This document shows, piece by piece, positions 53,528 through 64,000 of a stretch of 64,000 nt of DNA. The DNA lies in NCBI RefSeq assembly GCF_964204645.1, contig NC_134028.1, positions 23,494,345 through 23,558,344 of the forward strand, written 5' to 3'. Source of the DNA: Tubulanus polymorphus. Lineage: Eukaryota > Animalia > Nemertea. Each line of letters opens with the position of its first letter. The stretch's first letter is position 1. The notes below the pieces were generated by a model, which was given only the letters and a program-made list of their open reading frames with translations, was not told the DNA's origin and made no database searches. Both the position numbers and the translations under genes were made by a program.

Positions 53528-54364
53528 TTTGACTGTCGTTAAGTCAGTCGTAAATTCTCTGATGAGGGATTGATAGAGCTAAAATTTAATCAGATAATGA
53601 TCAAGTTATGTCATGTCAGAGGGAAGCGCGACATGACTTATCAAATTCAGACAGCACGTTTACAATGAACCAGTACGCTATGACCGACCTTCGTATCAGT
53701 ATTCCAGAATTAGCACATCCGCTGACACAGCTTGACCACTTTCCCAAATTTACTGGGTTTCCCATGTTTTAAAACATAGTTAACCATCAGGGTATATTTT
53801 TTCGTTTGAAATTTTACAGCTTATTGATCTTTCGTGAATCACCTATGGGTTAAGAAACGCGTGGTCAATTGCATATCTGGTTTTAGCCAGAATTTGTAAA
53901 ATTTCCAAATTGTTTCTTGATTCTTCTAATTCCCTAATATAAGTTTTCCGGGTCAGTGGCCACCCTGTGAAAGCAGTCATTCCCATCAGCGCCTCACAAG
54001 CATTCCACAGATAAAATACACACATTGCAATTAATGAGCATAACTTTAGGAACGATCGTTTATTTCAAATTTCACAAATATTTACATTCAATCATAGTTT
54101 CCTGTAAATATGACAGATCACAATTTATACATAACATATCATCAAACCTTCAATCATCGGTATCAAAACATTTGTCTTTTACCGGTATTTACAAGTTTAT
54201 AAGTTCAATTATCCGAGACAGACTTTGTCGTCATTGTATTCTAATTCGACAGCAGGTACATCGGTTATTGCATAATTATATATACATGTATCATAATCAA
54301 ACTACTGGTTTATAGAAACTAAGATTATTTTAAAACTATTTGTCGTGATTATCATTTCATACTA

Positions 54365-54547
54365 ACCACTGATGAAACACTATATCCGTGTTGTGATGAT
54401 AATCTATAATAGACTCCCAAAATAATCTTATCTAGAGCTAGCAGTAGATGGAATTATTTTCAGCCTTTTTATTTTCTTTCCATTATTGTGGGATGATTCT
54501 ATACACATTATCGTCACAACACGGATATAGTGTTCTAACATTGGTCA
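54365..54547. mobile_element. Foldback/MITE with ~28-bp inverted arms
   Basis: AACACTATATCCGTGTTGTGATGATAAT ... ATTATCGTCACAACACGGATATAGTGTT. Confidence 0.7.
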
Positions 54548-54864
54548 TTCTTAAGTCATCTCTCACTGAATGGATCTCCTTGATTACTTCTCGAAAATTC
54601 CTGTTTATTTAAGAAACTCTTTCTAGGACCTCAAATCTCCTCTCATTATTTGAGAAATTACGTTAAACTCAACTTTAAATGAATCGAATTAGTAATTGAT
54701 TTTAATTCATAGAAAATCCCAGAATAATCATGAAAAAATAATATCAAGTCCAGAAATGTTTCCTTGAGTTAGTATTCTAATACTCATCTTTATCTTCCGT
54801 TACGGCTGCGGGATTCTCTACAAATCGTATCATCAATTTCAGGAATTCTTCAATCATCGATAAT

Positions 54865-56819
54865 TTATTTGACGCGCGTATTTGTGTCGAGAATGGCGAG
54901 AAAATCTCTCAGTTGTTGCACATAAAAACCTTGTTCTTTCACGCGAGGCAGAACGAACGGTTGGATACTATTATTTATCAGATACATTTTCAGTTCATGC
55001 ACGGTTTCGCTAGCGTCCTCGAAACCGTCGTGCTGCAGAGTTGGAATCGGTGAACTCTGCCGCGTGAAATCAGTCGATGGATCTTCCGCGTCATCGATGT
55101 CGGAAATAGTAACGGTATCGTCGGAATCATCTGAACTCGACACATCGGAGATTTCCGGACTACTGTCTACGACCTTAGTCACCGACGGTCCAGACACGGA
55201 TGAGCGAGATAATACAGAGTTCCTCATTACAACCGGACTCGGTGGACTGTTCGCGGGTTCCGGTAATCGAAGACTCTTGTTATCATTTTCATTTGGTTTA
55301 TCTATAAAGCTTTCGTTGCTTTGGAAATTGAACTTTTTCATGATCACTTCGCTCGAAGCGTACCAAACAGGACTCTCCGGGGGAGGTGTCGGTTGCGCTG
55401 GTTTTCTAACGAGCGTACTGAGTTTCTCGGATTTTTTACTCATCTGCGTGTAAAACGTGCTTTGGCTTTCGCTCGAATCCCACGGTTCGGAATAAACTGT
55501 AACCAGTCTATCGTTGCTACTCGCTTCGTTGAATCGTGGCACGCCGTCGGTTAGCGTCGCCGTGACGTAGTTCGCGTTCTCTTGAGATTGTTCCTGATTT
55601 TGGAATCTGAAATATAGAAACCGTATGAAAACTAGATCTGAAAGCGGCGCTAGTGTACGGTATACGTTTCTTCAGGAATCTTACCTCATTGAAGCCTTCG
55701 ATTCATTAATCGCGATCTGTAGACAGGAAATCCATTTCGAACATTCTTCATGACTCGATGTATTCTGAAATCATTTCTAACAATTTAACCGATTACCGGT
55801 AAGTTGCAAAGCACTTGAAATATCAATTCAAAACTTTTTACAGTCAACATTATGTAATTTTCAAGTGACCTGAATTGATTTGATACGCTATATAGGACAG
55901 AGTACAAATTCCTAGCATATCAATGCAGTTCACCTGAAAATGACATTATGTAAACATGGAAGAATAACCACACATTGAGAACAGATGATAAGTGTGAAAC
56001 CAGCTATATACAGAATTTAAGATTAAAAATTAATTTCATTTATCAAGAATTGAAATGAAAATACACAACATTTCGAACTCTCACCAGAGATTTTATCACA
56101 AGGCGTGAGGGAATAACTAGAAAAGAGGGGCAACTGGTTTTCCCCTGTATATAAACTCCTCATTTCTAGTGATTTCCATTTGATAAATAAGAATTGTTTC
56201 TCATCGTTTAAATTCTGTATAAATTTGGTTTTAAACTTATTAAAATGTAAACATGTCAAAATGTCATGTCTTGATGTCTTTTCTATTTCTGACTAATCAT
56301 TCTTTACATCAGTTCATGGATAAAGCCAATAGAAAAATAGTTTTTGGCATAGTGTGGTCTACAGGATCAAACTTACAAATGACCGCCTCTCGCCCTTCAT
56401 TTGCAAAGTAAAAGCTGTTAATTTCTTAATGGATGAATCTCTATAAACAGCATCAACTTTACTCATATGAATAGGTTCCTTCACGCTGCCGCTATCCTGA
56501 TTAGAAATTAATATTAAAAAGTTTATATCGATTGACTAATTTTGGCATTTATTTTTGATAACTAATGATTGAATGTTGGACTACCTGACTATTAGAGAAA
56601 CATAACTGATTATCCTTCAATGTGCACCAGTACCTCTTCCACCTCCATGAAGACATCTATTGTAAACGATATCGAAGGGATCAAACATATTATCCCAATT
56701 GAGTATTTTTACAGGCTTTATCTCATTATTGCATTCTCTCATAGGCCTACCTGTGATCTCCCTTTCTTGTCCAGATAGCCAGACATTTGAATTGAAACAG
56801 ATTCTTTACTGCAATCCAT
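54865..56819 (-). CDS. N-terminal PH-domain protein with Ser/Pro-rich disordered tail (adaptor-like), 5 coding exons
   Basis: MDCSKESVSIQMSGYLDKKGRSQ|MSSWRWKRYWCTLKDNQLCF...|...AFTLQMKGERRSF|NTSSHEECSKWISCLQ is a PH-domain pattern; the last exon covers ORF 54865-55542. Confidence 0.85.
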
Positions 56820-57089
56820 CTTTATTAGTATGTAAGCTTTTTTGTGAATGGTGATGTCAGTGGCCTGGATTGACCTGGGGGTTTTCGAGACCTCTTGAGT
56901 CAACAACGTTTTACTTCCTGGTTGTTAAAACCTCATTATGAATACTCCTAGAAGACAAAATACAAATAAAATTGAACTCTAAATCTAGATGAAATTTTAC
57001 TGCTCCATAAGATGCAGTTTTCACTGATGCCATTGTAGATTAAACGCATTACAGAGGCTAGAAATCAGTTGAAAAACAAAAAATTACCA

Positions 57090-57360
57090 AGAACCCGGAA
57101 GTAAATTGCGATTTTCTCCTTGACCTTGAAGTTATTTGGCCGTGGGCACTTTTCCACCGAATTTTAATTGTATGGAGTCTGTTAATTCCTTTCACTGGAT
57201 TTATAATACAACAATGACGGCATGGAAAACATATATTCTTAAATCGGTGTCTGGTCCGAGTCTGGGTCTATCTAATGAAGAGAGGTGTAAAGGCTGACTA
57301 AAAAATAATTTGAATTTGCAGCAGGTGCGTGTTTAGGGCGCGTTGCCTAGGATATACTAA
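57090..57360. promoter_or_regulatory. Divergent promoter region with ETS site and X-box-like motif
   Basis: CCCGGAAGTA at 57094-57103 and GTTGCCTAGGATAT at 57342-57355, between head-to-head genes. Confidence 0.45.
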
Positions 57361-57731
57361 TTCTTGTAGCTCAGAGGTCGATTTTTGACAAGTATGAAGT
57401 GAAGTGTCACGAAACCTGAGAACAACATTGATCTAATTGCACGAAACACAGCGATTAGACTAATATACTAATGAGACCCGCGTAAAAAGAAGGTACTGCT
57501 CACCTTACCTTACACTGAAATGAAATTCTAACTCAAATTCGATTAAAATGTAGAATTTTTTGAACTGAAAAAATAAGAAGATATTTCAATGAAATGTTTA
57601 TGTTATGTTATTAAATAAAAGAATTCGCAGCCGGGGGTCTTGACAAAAATATTTTTCCCCGACTTGTGTGAGGCCCCAATGAGATTTCAGTTTCAATCAT
57701 GTATAATTTATTTTTTTTATTTTCAGGCATC

Positions 57732-60700
57732 ATGAAACATCCGGAGAACAACTGCGAACCGTTCGAGTTCAACATCGGACGCGCGTTTGACTTACGCTGC
57801 GTCGAGAACGCTGACGGTCCGACCGTCTGCGGCGCTTGTGAAGCATGTCAAATAATCGCTCATCTCGATAACGCTATAGCGTGGTTCGAACGTTTCGGTT
57901 CACAGGCCAAACAACGCTTCCTCCACGGACTAGTCCGCCGATTCCGAAGCGTGGACTTGTTAGAGTACGTGGTGAGTTTGTTACAGCCGTTATTGTGTAA
58001 GGACTACACGTACACGCGCACGCGGACTAAACCGAGTCAACAGGTCGACCAGCCGACGATGACCGGCGACCACGCTCTCGATATCGCGGACCTCGAAGAC
58101 GAATTGGTGGAAATATTTCATTGGTTCATGAAAGCAAATTATTGGACAAAAACTAACTTCGTACTCGGTATTTTAAAAATCTGTGATATGCCGTTACTGT
58201 TTAGTGTCGGCACGCTGGCGAGGACTCTACTGTCATCTGAAAGAAATGCACATTCTAGTATTCCAATCGGTAAGTTCAAGTGGGAATAGCCGAATAAAGA
58301 TGGACAAGGTCCTCAATTTTTGGGAAGTGAATATTTTTGTCAATACAGCAACTTTTTAAACGCTATTTCGACAACGTATAAGATTTCATAATTGGGTTAG
58401 ACTAGGTTTAAAAGTAAGATTTTTATGGCAGGATTAGATTTAGGTAGGCCTAGTTAGTTACCTATACGTTGGTGGTAAGCTTTTTATAATCGGATGAGCT
58501 TATACCTGTGGTTTGTGAAAATATCCGATCATGAAACTAAACCACAGTCAGGTTACTGACTAAGATTTAGGGATTATCGGAAGGTTTAAGTTTAAGGGTT
58601 AAGGTTAGCTTGATGGCTATAATGAGTTAGAACTTATGAACTCTGGCAAATCGAACGGGCAGTCTAGTGGTAGATCCACAGGGGCTCATATCCGAGTTGA
58701 CGATAATCTGTTAATCCAGTGTAATATATATATATGATTTTTGCAAATTTCGCCTCAGCTTTCTTGAATTTTCCAAGTCCAGCACCTCAGTGCACATACG
58801 CAACATCAGTAACCGATCAGAATGAGATATAGGCTAGTGTAGAATGTTGCCATAGTGTAGCAAAATATCAATTTTCAAATTTTTTATATCCTGTACAATT
58901 CCCGCCTCCTGTATGAACCTGTTACATTTCATATTTGATTTCTAGATGAATATACAGAAGCTGCTTCGATACCTTCCTCGCGGTTCACCTACGAATCTGA
59001 AGACCACCCGGAACACGAACTTCTGAGGCTCGCTAGTCCTCAGTACGGGCTTATAAACAATGTATCAAACCGATGTCCGTCGGTATCCGCTTCCGGATAC
59101 CCGGTATCGGAATACGGCGACGTCGAGCGTATCATCATCAACGACGAAAACGAGGACACTTTGACGATCGACTTGGACGATTTCATCCACGACCCGACGA
59201 ACATGGTCCTACCGAGTTCGGCTAAAGCGTTCGCGGGCGTTTCGAAACATAAAGACTTCATTCGCTGTTTGCCCGTTCACCTGTCGAAATATATATTGAG
59301 CTATTTGGATCAGGGAAGTTTGTTCAACGGTTTGTGCGTCAGTCGATACTGGAGAATGATCGTTGAAGAAGTTCACAGGGAACACTTCGTTAATCAACAG
59401 CTGTGGGAAGATGTTATGCTGATGCAGGTAAGAGTCGCGCGTTTAGAAAAAAAATTAAATTTCGTCGTCAGGAAAAAGAGGAATGATAGTTATTTTCGAT
59501 ATCATGAATAACACCGAGCCCAGTTAACGAACGAGTTGAAATTTCAAAGTTTTTTTTTAATGGATTTGCCTAAAATGAATATTTCGTCAATGTAGTCAAA
59601 CCCGCTTAAGTCTTCATCAGATATAAGTCTTCACATTACTTCGTCATTATTTTTTAGTCCTTACAAACAAAAGCTTAAGTCGTCATTTAAATAAGTCCTC
59701 AACATATAGTGTTCATTCCAACTACCACGATTTAGTGGATTTGACTAAATCGACTACCAGTTACAGTTCAACGCTTAAAGCGCAATTTGTTTGTGGCACA
59801 GGGTCGTGAATTTTGTTTTCGTTGTTCTCCAGGGGGCAGCAGCTGCCGGTGTCAATCCACTGTACGCGCAGGACACGGACGTTCCCGTGCCGAATTTGGT
59901 GCCCGGAACGCTCGAAGTCATCAAAACGACCGACAACATCATCGAAACGACTTTCAAAAGTGAAGCTAATTTTCAGACGGGTTACAGCGGAATCTGTACT
60001 CGTAACGTCATCATGGAAGAACGTAATGTTTATTGCGGCGCCTATAATATCATGGTCGTTAACAACGTGTAAGTTTTCCGGTCATATTTACTCATAGGCC
60101 TATGTTCTTCGCTATTTTCTTAGCTTACTGGAAACATTTTCTGGCTTGGTCTCTTGTCATGATTTTGGGAATTCTCTCTATATTACATATCGTCTTCAAT
60201 TCATTGTGATAAAGACCCATTCCTGTTCCGACTGTCCCAGAATTTGCTACCTTGGAGAGAATCGATTGGTTCTGCAAGATCTGAGGCAAGGGCTGTCTAG
60301 TGTTAAATTCCAGTTTAAGTAGGTCTTTGTTGAACTTTAATTAGTTATACAAATATGAAATTTCGTATTTGAGCATTTTCACTATTGAAGATTCTATTGT
60401 TAATGAATCGATTCTGTATCAACATGTAATGTGTAATGTGGTTGAATCAGAGGTGAATTCTTTTTCTGAATGAATTGTTTACCGTTTACTGACCAGGGGC
60501 CAGTTTAAAGGTTTTCTGTCTGGTGTAAAAGGGCAATGCTTTGATTGATCTGCATTTGAACCTAACAATTCAATCCTAACGTTATTTTTTTTCGAGTCAC
60601 ATTTCGGCAAATAAACGATTTATGTTTAGTATAGCCATTGTACCTCATTTTGCGCGGTCTGAAGTTTTTCGATACATAATATCACGAAGTGTCACCACCC

Positions 60701-63700
60701 CAATTTCGAACAATAAGTCATTATAGATTTCGAACGTGATTACTGGTTTCTGTGGCTACTCGAATAATTTCACGTAGATTGCTATTATAAACGAAGATTG
60801 AATTATCGCCGAGCCAATTACGGAAAGCTCATGCACCCCGCAGTTATGTCAATTATCGGCTCATAATCGAACTGCACGGTTCTTGAATAATTCTATTCAG
60901 AAAGATCAAAATGCATTAGTGTTTCTGTAAGCTTGTAAACATACTAGCGGGTAGCTGTCAGAAATAACAGGCTTTATAGTTAATCATTATGAATACTGCA
61001 TAAATGAAGACGGTTTATTAACGATAAAATAACAAAAACAGCTGCTATTATTTCCCTAAAACATTTCATTGCTACTTAAAAAGAGAAAAGAAAAAAATAT
61101 TATGACTCCTACATCTCGGGAAATTAGACATTTTAGTTTTAATATGATCTCAAGGCCTTTTTTTAAAATACTTGGAGTACAGGTTTTGTCAAGAAAAATG
61201 AAAGGTCTGAAAAATGGAAAAATTCAAGAAATTTTTTGTTGAAAGATTATGATGAAACTACATGTACATTTGAATCATTGTTTATGGAATTCGAAAAAAA
61301 AGACCCAATGTTTCGGTTACAGTTGCATATTCAATCTGATATCTTACAGGGAGGATCCGAACCGTGTTTTCCACACTGACGGTGGATCGTTGATTGCGAT
61401 CGGATCGAACGATCGAAAAGTACGATTCTTAGATAACGTGACAGGACGAACAGTCGGGCCGACCGTACACGGACACGCCGGGTCTATCAAGTGTTTACAC
61501 ATGTGTGAATCTAAAGGGTTCGTGCTCAGTGGCAGCTACGATACTAGTATCAGGTACGACCAGTTTCTCAGCGTTCTCAGCTAGAGGTTCTACGAGGGTA
61601 ATGGCCCCCATCTAAAAATCTCCAGCCCTCTGAAAAACTCTACTGCGTCTGTACATAAGTTGATATTAACATACAATTATGAGTAAATGTGATTTTATCA
61701 AATGAAATTTACTTGTAAGCTTAGCATTTGTCATCCTTTATGCACTTAAGAATGAATGCACCCTCTAAATCCCAGCACACAGGGAACATTAGATCTAGCT
61801 CTAAAAATTCTGGATTGGCTCTCGTAATACTGTAAACTAATGATTTACTCTCCGTTTAGATGTTGGGATATTAAGACCGGACAATGTCTGAAGATTTTAC
61901 GCGGTCATCAGGGGACGGTCTCTTGTTTGGCTATGTATAAAGACCTTGTAGTTTCGGGCTCGAAGGATTCAACTTGTAAAGGTTAGTCTTTTTTCCACTC
62001 GGTACACTGACCTGAAATCCTGGATCTCGAAATTAATTTCTCATATACAAGTCATCATACGTAGTTGTGACAGGACAATCATTATGTTGATGACAGGTAT
62101 CCAAATGACGACTTAATCTTGGTAAATTAATTGAAAATACAAATTTGGAGTCAAACTGACCTAAGCATGTGAGTTTGAATATTTGTGTTTTCTTTTGATT
62201 ACAGTGTGGGATTTATCCAGTGGTAAATGTCAGCGTACATTTCGTCACAAAGCAGCGATCAGTGCAGCGGCTATCGGTGGTAGCATGTGCGTAACAGGAT
62301 GTGAGGCAGGAAAAGTTAAAGTTTGGAATCTTAAAAATGGAAATCTAATCAAGGTATATCATTTGGCGGCTTTCGTACCGAGATTGAATTCTGGAGCCGG
62401 TTGCTCAAAAGTTACCCAGTGGATAGTTGACATAGCGACAATTAAAAGCTCATTGTTACCCACATTATTTATCCACCAGTTATCTTTAACCAACTTTTGA
62501 GCAAAAGTTGGTTTTAAGATAACTGGCTGATAAATCGAGATTAGATGAAGAATAGTTTCATGAATTATGTCTCTCTGTAGGTATTGCTTGGACACCACGG
62601 ACCGGTGACTTGTATCAAGTTTGATCGTTGGCACATCGTCACTGGAAGTAAAGACAACTATGTTTTAGTGTGGAGTGCTCAGGGTGAACACGCAAGATGT
62701 CTGAATGCGCTTAGGCACCAAAAGTAAATGATTTCACATAATAAATACTATTTTATATTCTATTGCAGCGATTAACTAAATTAGAGTCTATTTCAAGAGA
62801 AACCCACAATATCAATTTAGACAACTGGACCCAGTTCCACAGTTGTGAGTTAAGATTTGACCCGGAGTTAACTCATTGAAAATGAACTAATTTCAACTCA
62901 GAGTTAACTCTAACTCATGACTGTGGAACTGGATCCTGTTATTCTTAATTTTTCTTATGTCACGAGTTGAATCCTTCCACCCATCTTAATAATTCATTAA
63001 AAGAAGAAAAACCAGTTTATTCAATTCAAAAATTTAAACAGTTGTTCCAATTGATATTGTGGGTTTCTCTCAATGACATTCACCAAGACTGGAAAAAGTC
63101 TCAACTATACGCATACATAAATTGGATTCTATTTAATGTTTATACAGAGAAGTGTTGTGTTTGGAGTTTATGTATCTGAGGGTCGTATCAGGATCGGCCG
63201 ATGGTCGACTTCGTATATGGAACATCATTACGGGACAATGTTGTAGAATCATGAGGGGAAATAGTCGCAGCGATCCTATTCTTGGCCTGGTAGCTATCGG
63301 CAATCGGTAAGTAGTAGAGATGAATGTCCTTCATTGACTAATCAAATAGTTTTCGAATGTCTCAAGAGATTCCATGGTTTGCCATCATTTTACCTCCTGG
63401 TATAATAACTCATTAACTACTTGGGTTAAAGCTATAATTATATCAAACCCCTGAATCTGAATCAGTTAAATCCATAATTTTGATCTAATCAGCAGATAAA
63501 TTTCATCGTTGCTCAATGATCTGAATTTATTGGTTGGCCATTTATCTGGAAATCAGGGGAAAGTCAGGGCAATTCCTTTTCCGTAAAAAGTCAGGGAATT
63601 TTGTAAAGAAAAGCTAAAAATTAGGGAAATTTGTTGAGATTGCTAGATCGCGCGTAAAATCTAACAATTTCCCTCTATGTTTTACATATTTGACTGTGTC

Positions 63701-64000
63701 AATTGATTGGATTCTTAACAGATCAAGTCAGAGAAAACAACGTGCATTTCAGGGAATAGTCAGGGGAAAACCAAGTCAAAATTGGCCTCCTTGATTAACC
63801 TTATTCTAGTGTATCTAATTTTGGTCGTAGATCTGTAAATGATCGTCTAATATGAATTATTCTTGTTTGTTACAGAATAACGTTGAATACGCACATAAAT
63901 CTGCTTACGTTAAACTTCGAAGAGGTTGAATGGGATTATACGTTAGAAACCGATAAGATGCCTCCGCTCGTCACGTACGGCTCTTATTCCGACGCGCCTG
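57732..64000 (+). CDS. FBXW10: F-box/WD40 protein, FBXW10/CDRT1-like; 3' end outside the window
   Basis: N-terminal CGACEAC, F-box DFIRCLPVHLSKYILSYLD...VSRYW, MEERNVYCGAYN, and WD40 repeats (GHAGSIKCL..SGSYDTSIR|CWD, GHQGTVSCL..SGSKDSTCK). Confidence 0.82.
59593..59747. mobile_element. Tc1/mariner-type MITE remnant in an FBXW10 intron
   Basis: TAGTCAAACCCGCTTAA ... TTTAGTGGATTTGACTA imperfect TIRs with internal TAAGTC.TCA repeats. Confidence 0.55.
62825..62938. mobile_element. Short MITE, copy 2 (inverted relative to 3150-3262)
   Basis: CTGGACCCAGTTCCACAGTTGTGAGTTA...TAACTCATGACTGTGGAACTGGATCCTG; the interior is the reverse complement of copy 1. Confidence 0.75.

Noticed and set aside
55064-55554. 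Plus-strand ORFs opposite the PH-gene last exon (likewise 39280-39724 opposite the PKI-like exon)
   Set aside because: Antisense shadows of real exons.

Overview
AT-rich, intron-dense eukaryotic DNA with short GT-AG introns, typical of a compact invertebrate genome; a marine lophotrochozoan is plausible but is inference. It is not prokaryotic, and I see no rRNA, tRNA or CRISPR. All gene models were spliced by hand. Left to right: (1) repeat-rich DNA with MITEs, LINE tails and hammerhead-like motifs; (2) a minus-strand S10 serine carboxypeptidase (RISC/SCPEP1-like) that appears to be a type II membrane protein; (3) a Ly6/uPAR GPI-anchored gene plus a decayed paralog; (4) a ~27-kb interleaved array of five secreted, divergent ependymin-like genes (A1-A5) with three intact (B1-B3) and two relic class B/Methuselah-like Cys-rich GPCRs, apparently built from a ligand-like gene + receptor unit and containing a near-perfect 3142-bp duplication; (5) a convergent gene encoding five PKI-like PKA pseudosubstrate repeats plus a PKI-type export signal; (6) two tandem iGluR/IR-like receptors with unusual pore and gate residues; (7) an astacin-3xShKT protease; (8) a PH-domain adaptor; (9) a divergent FBXW10-like gene running off the right end. 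Best candidates for an undescribed system are the co-duplicating ependymin-like/GPCR array and the multi-PKI-repeat protein beside it.
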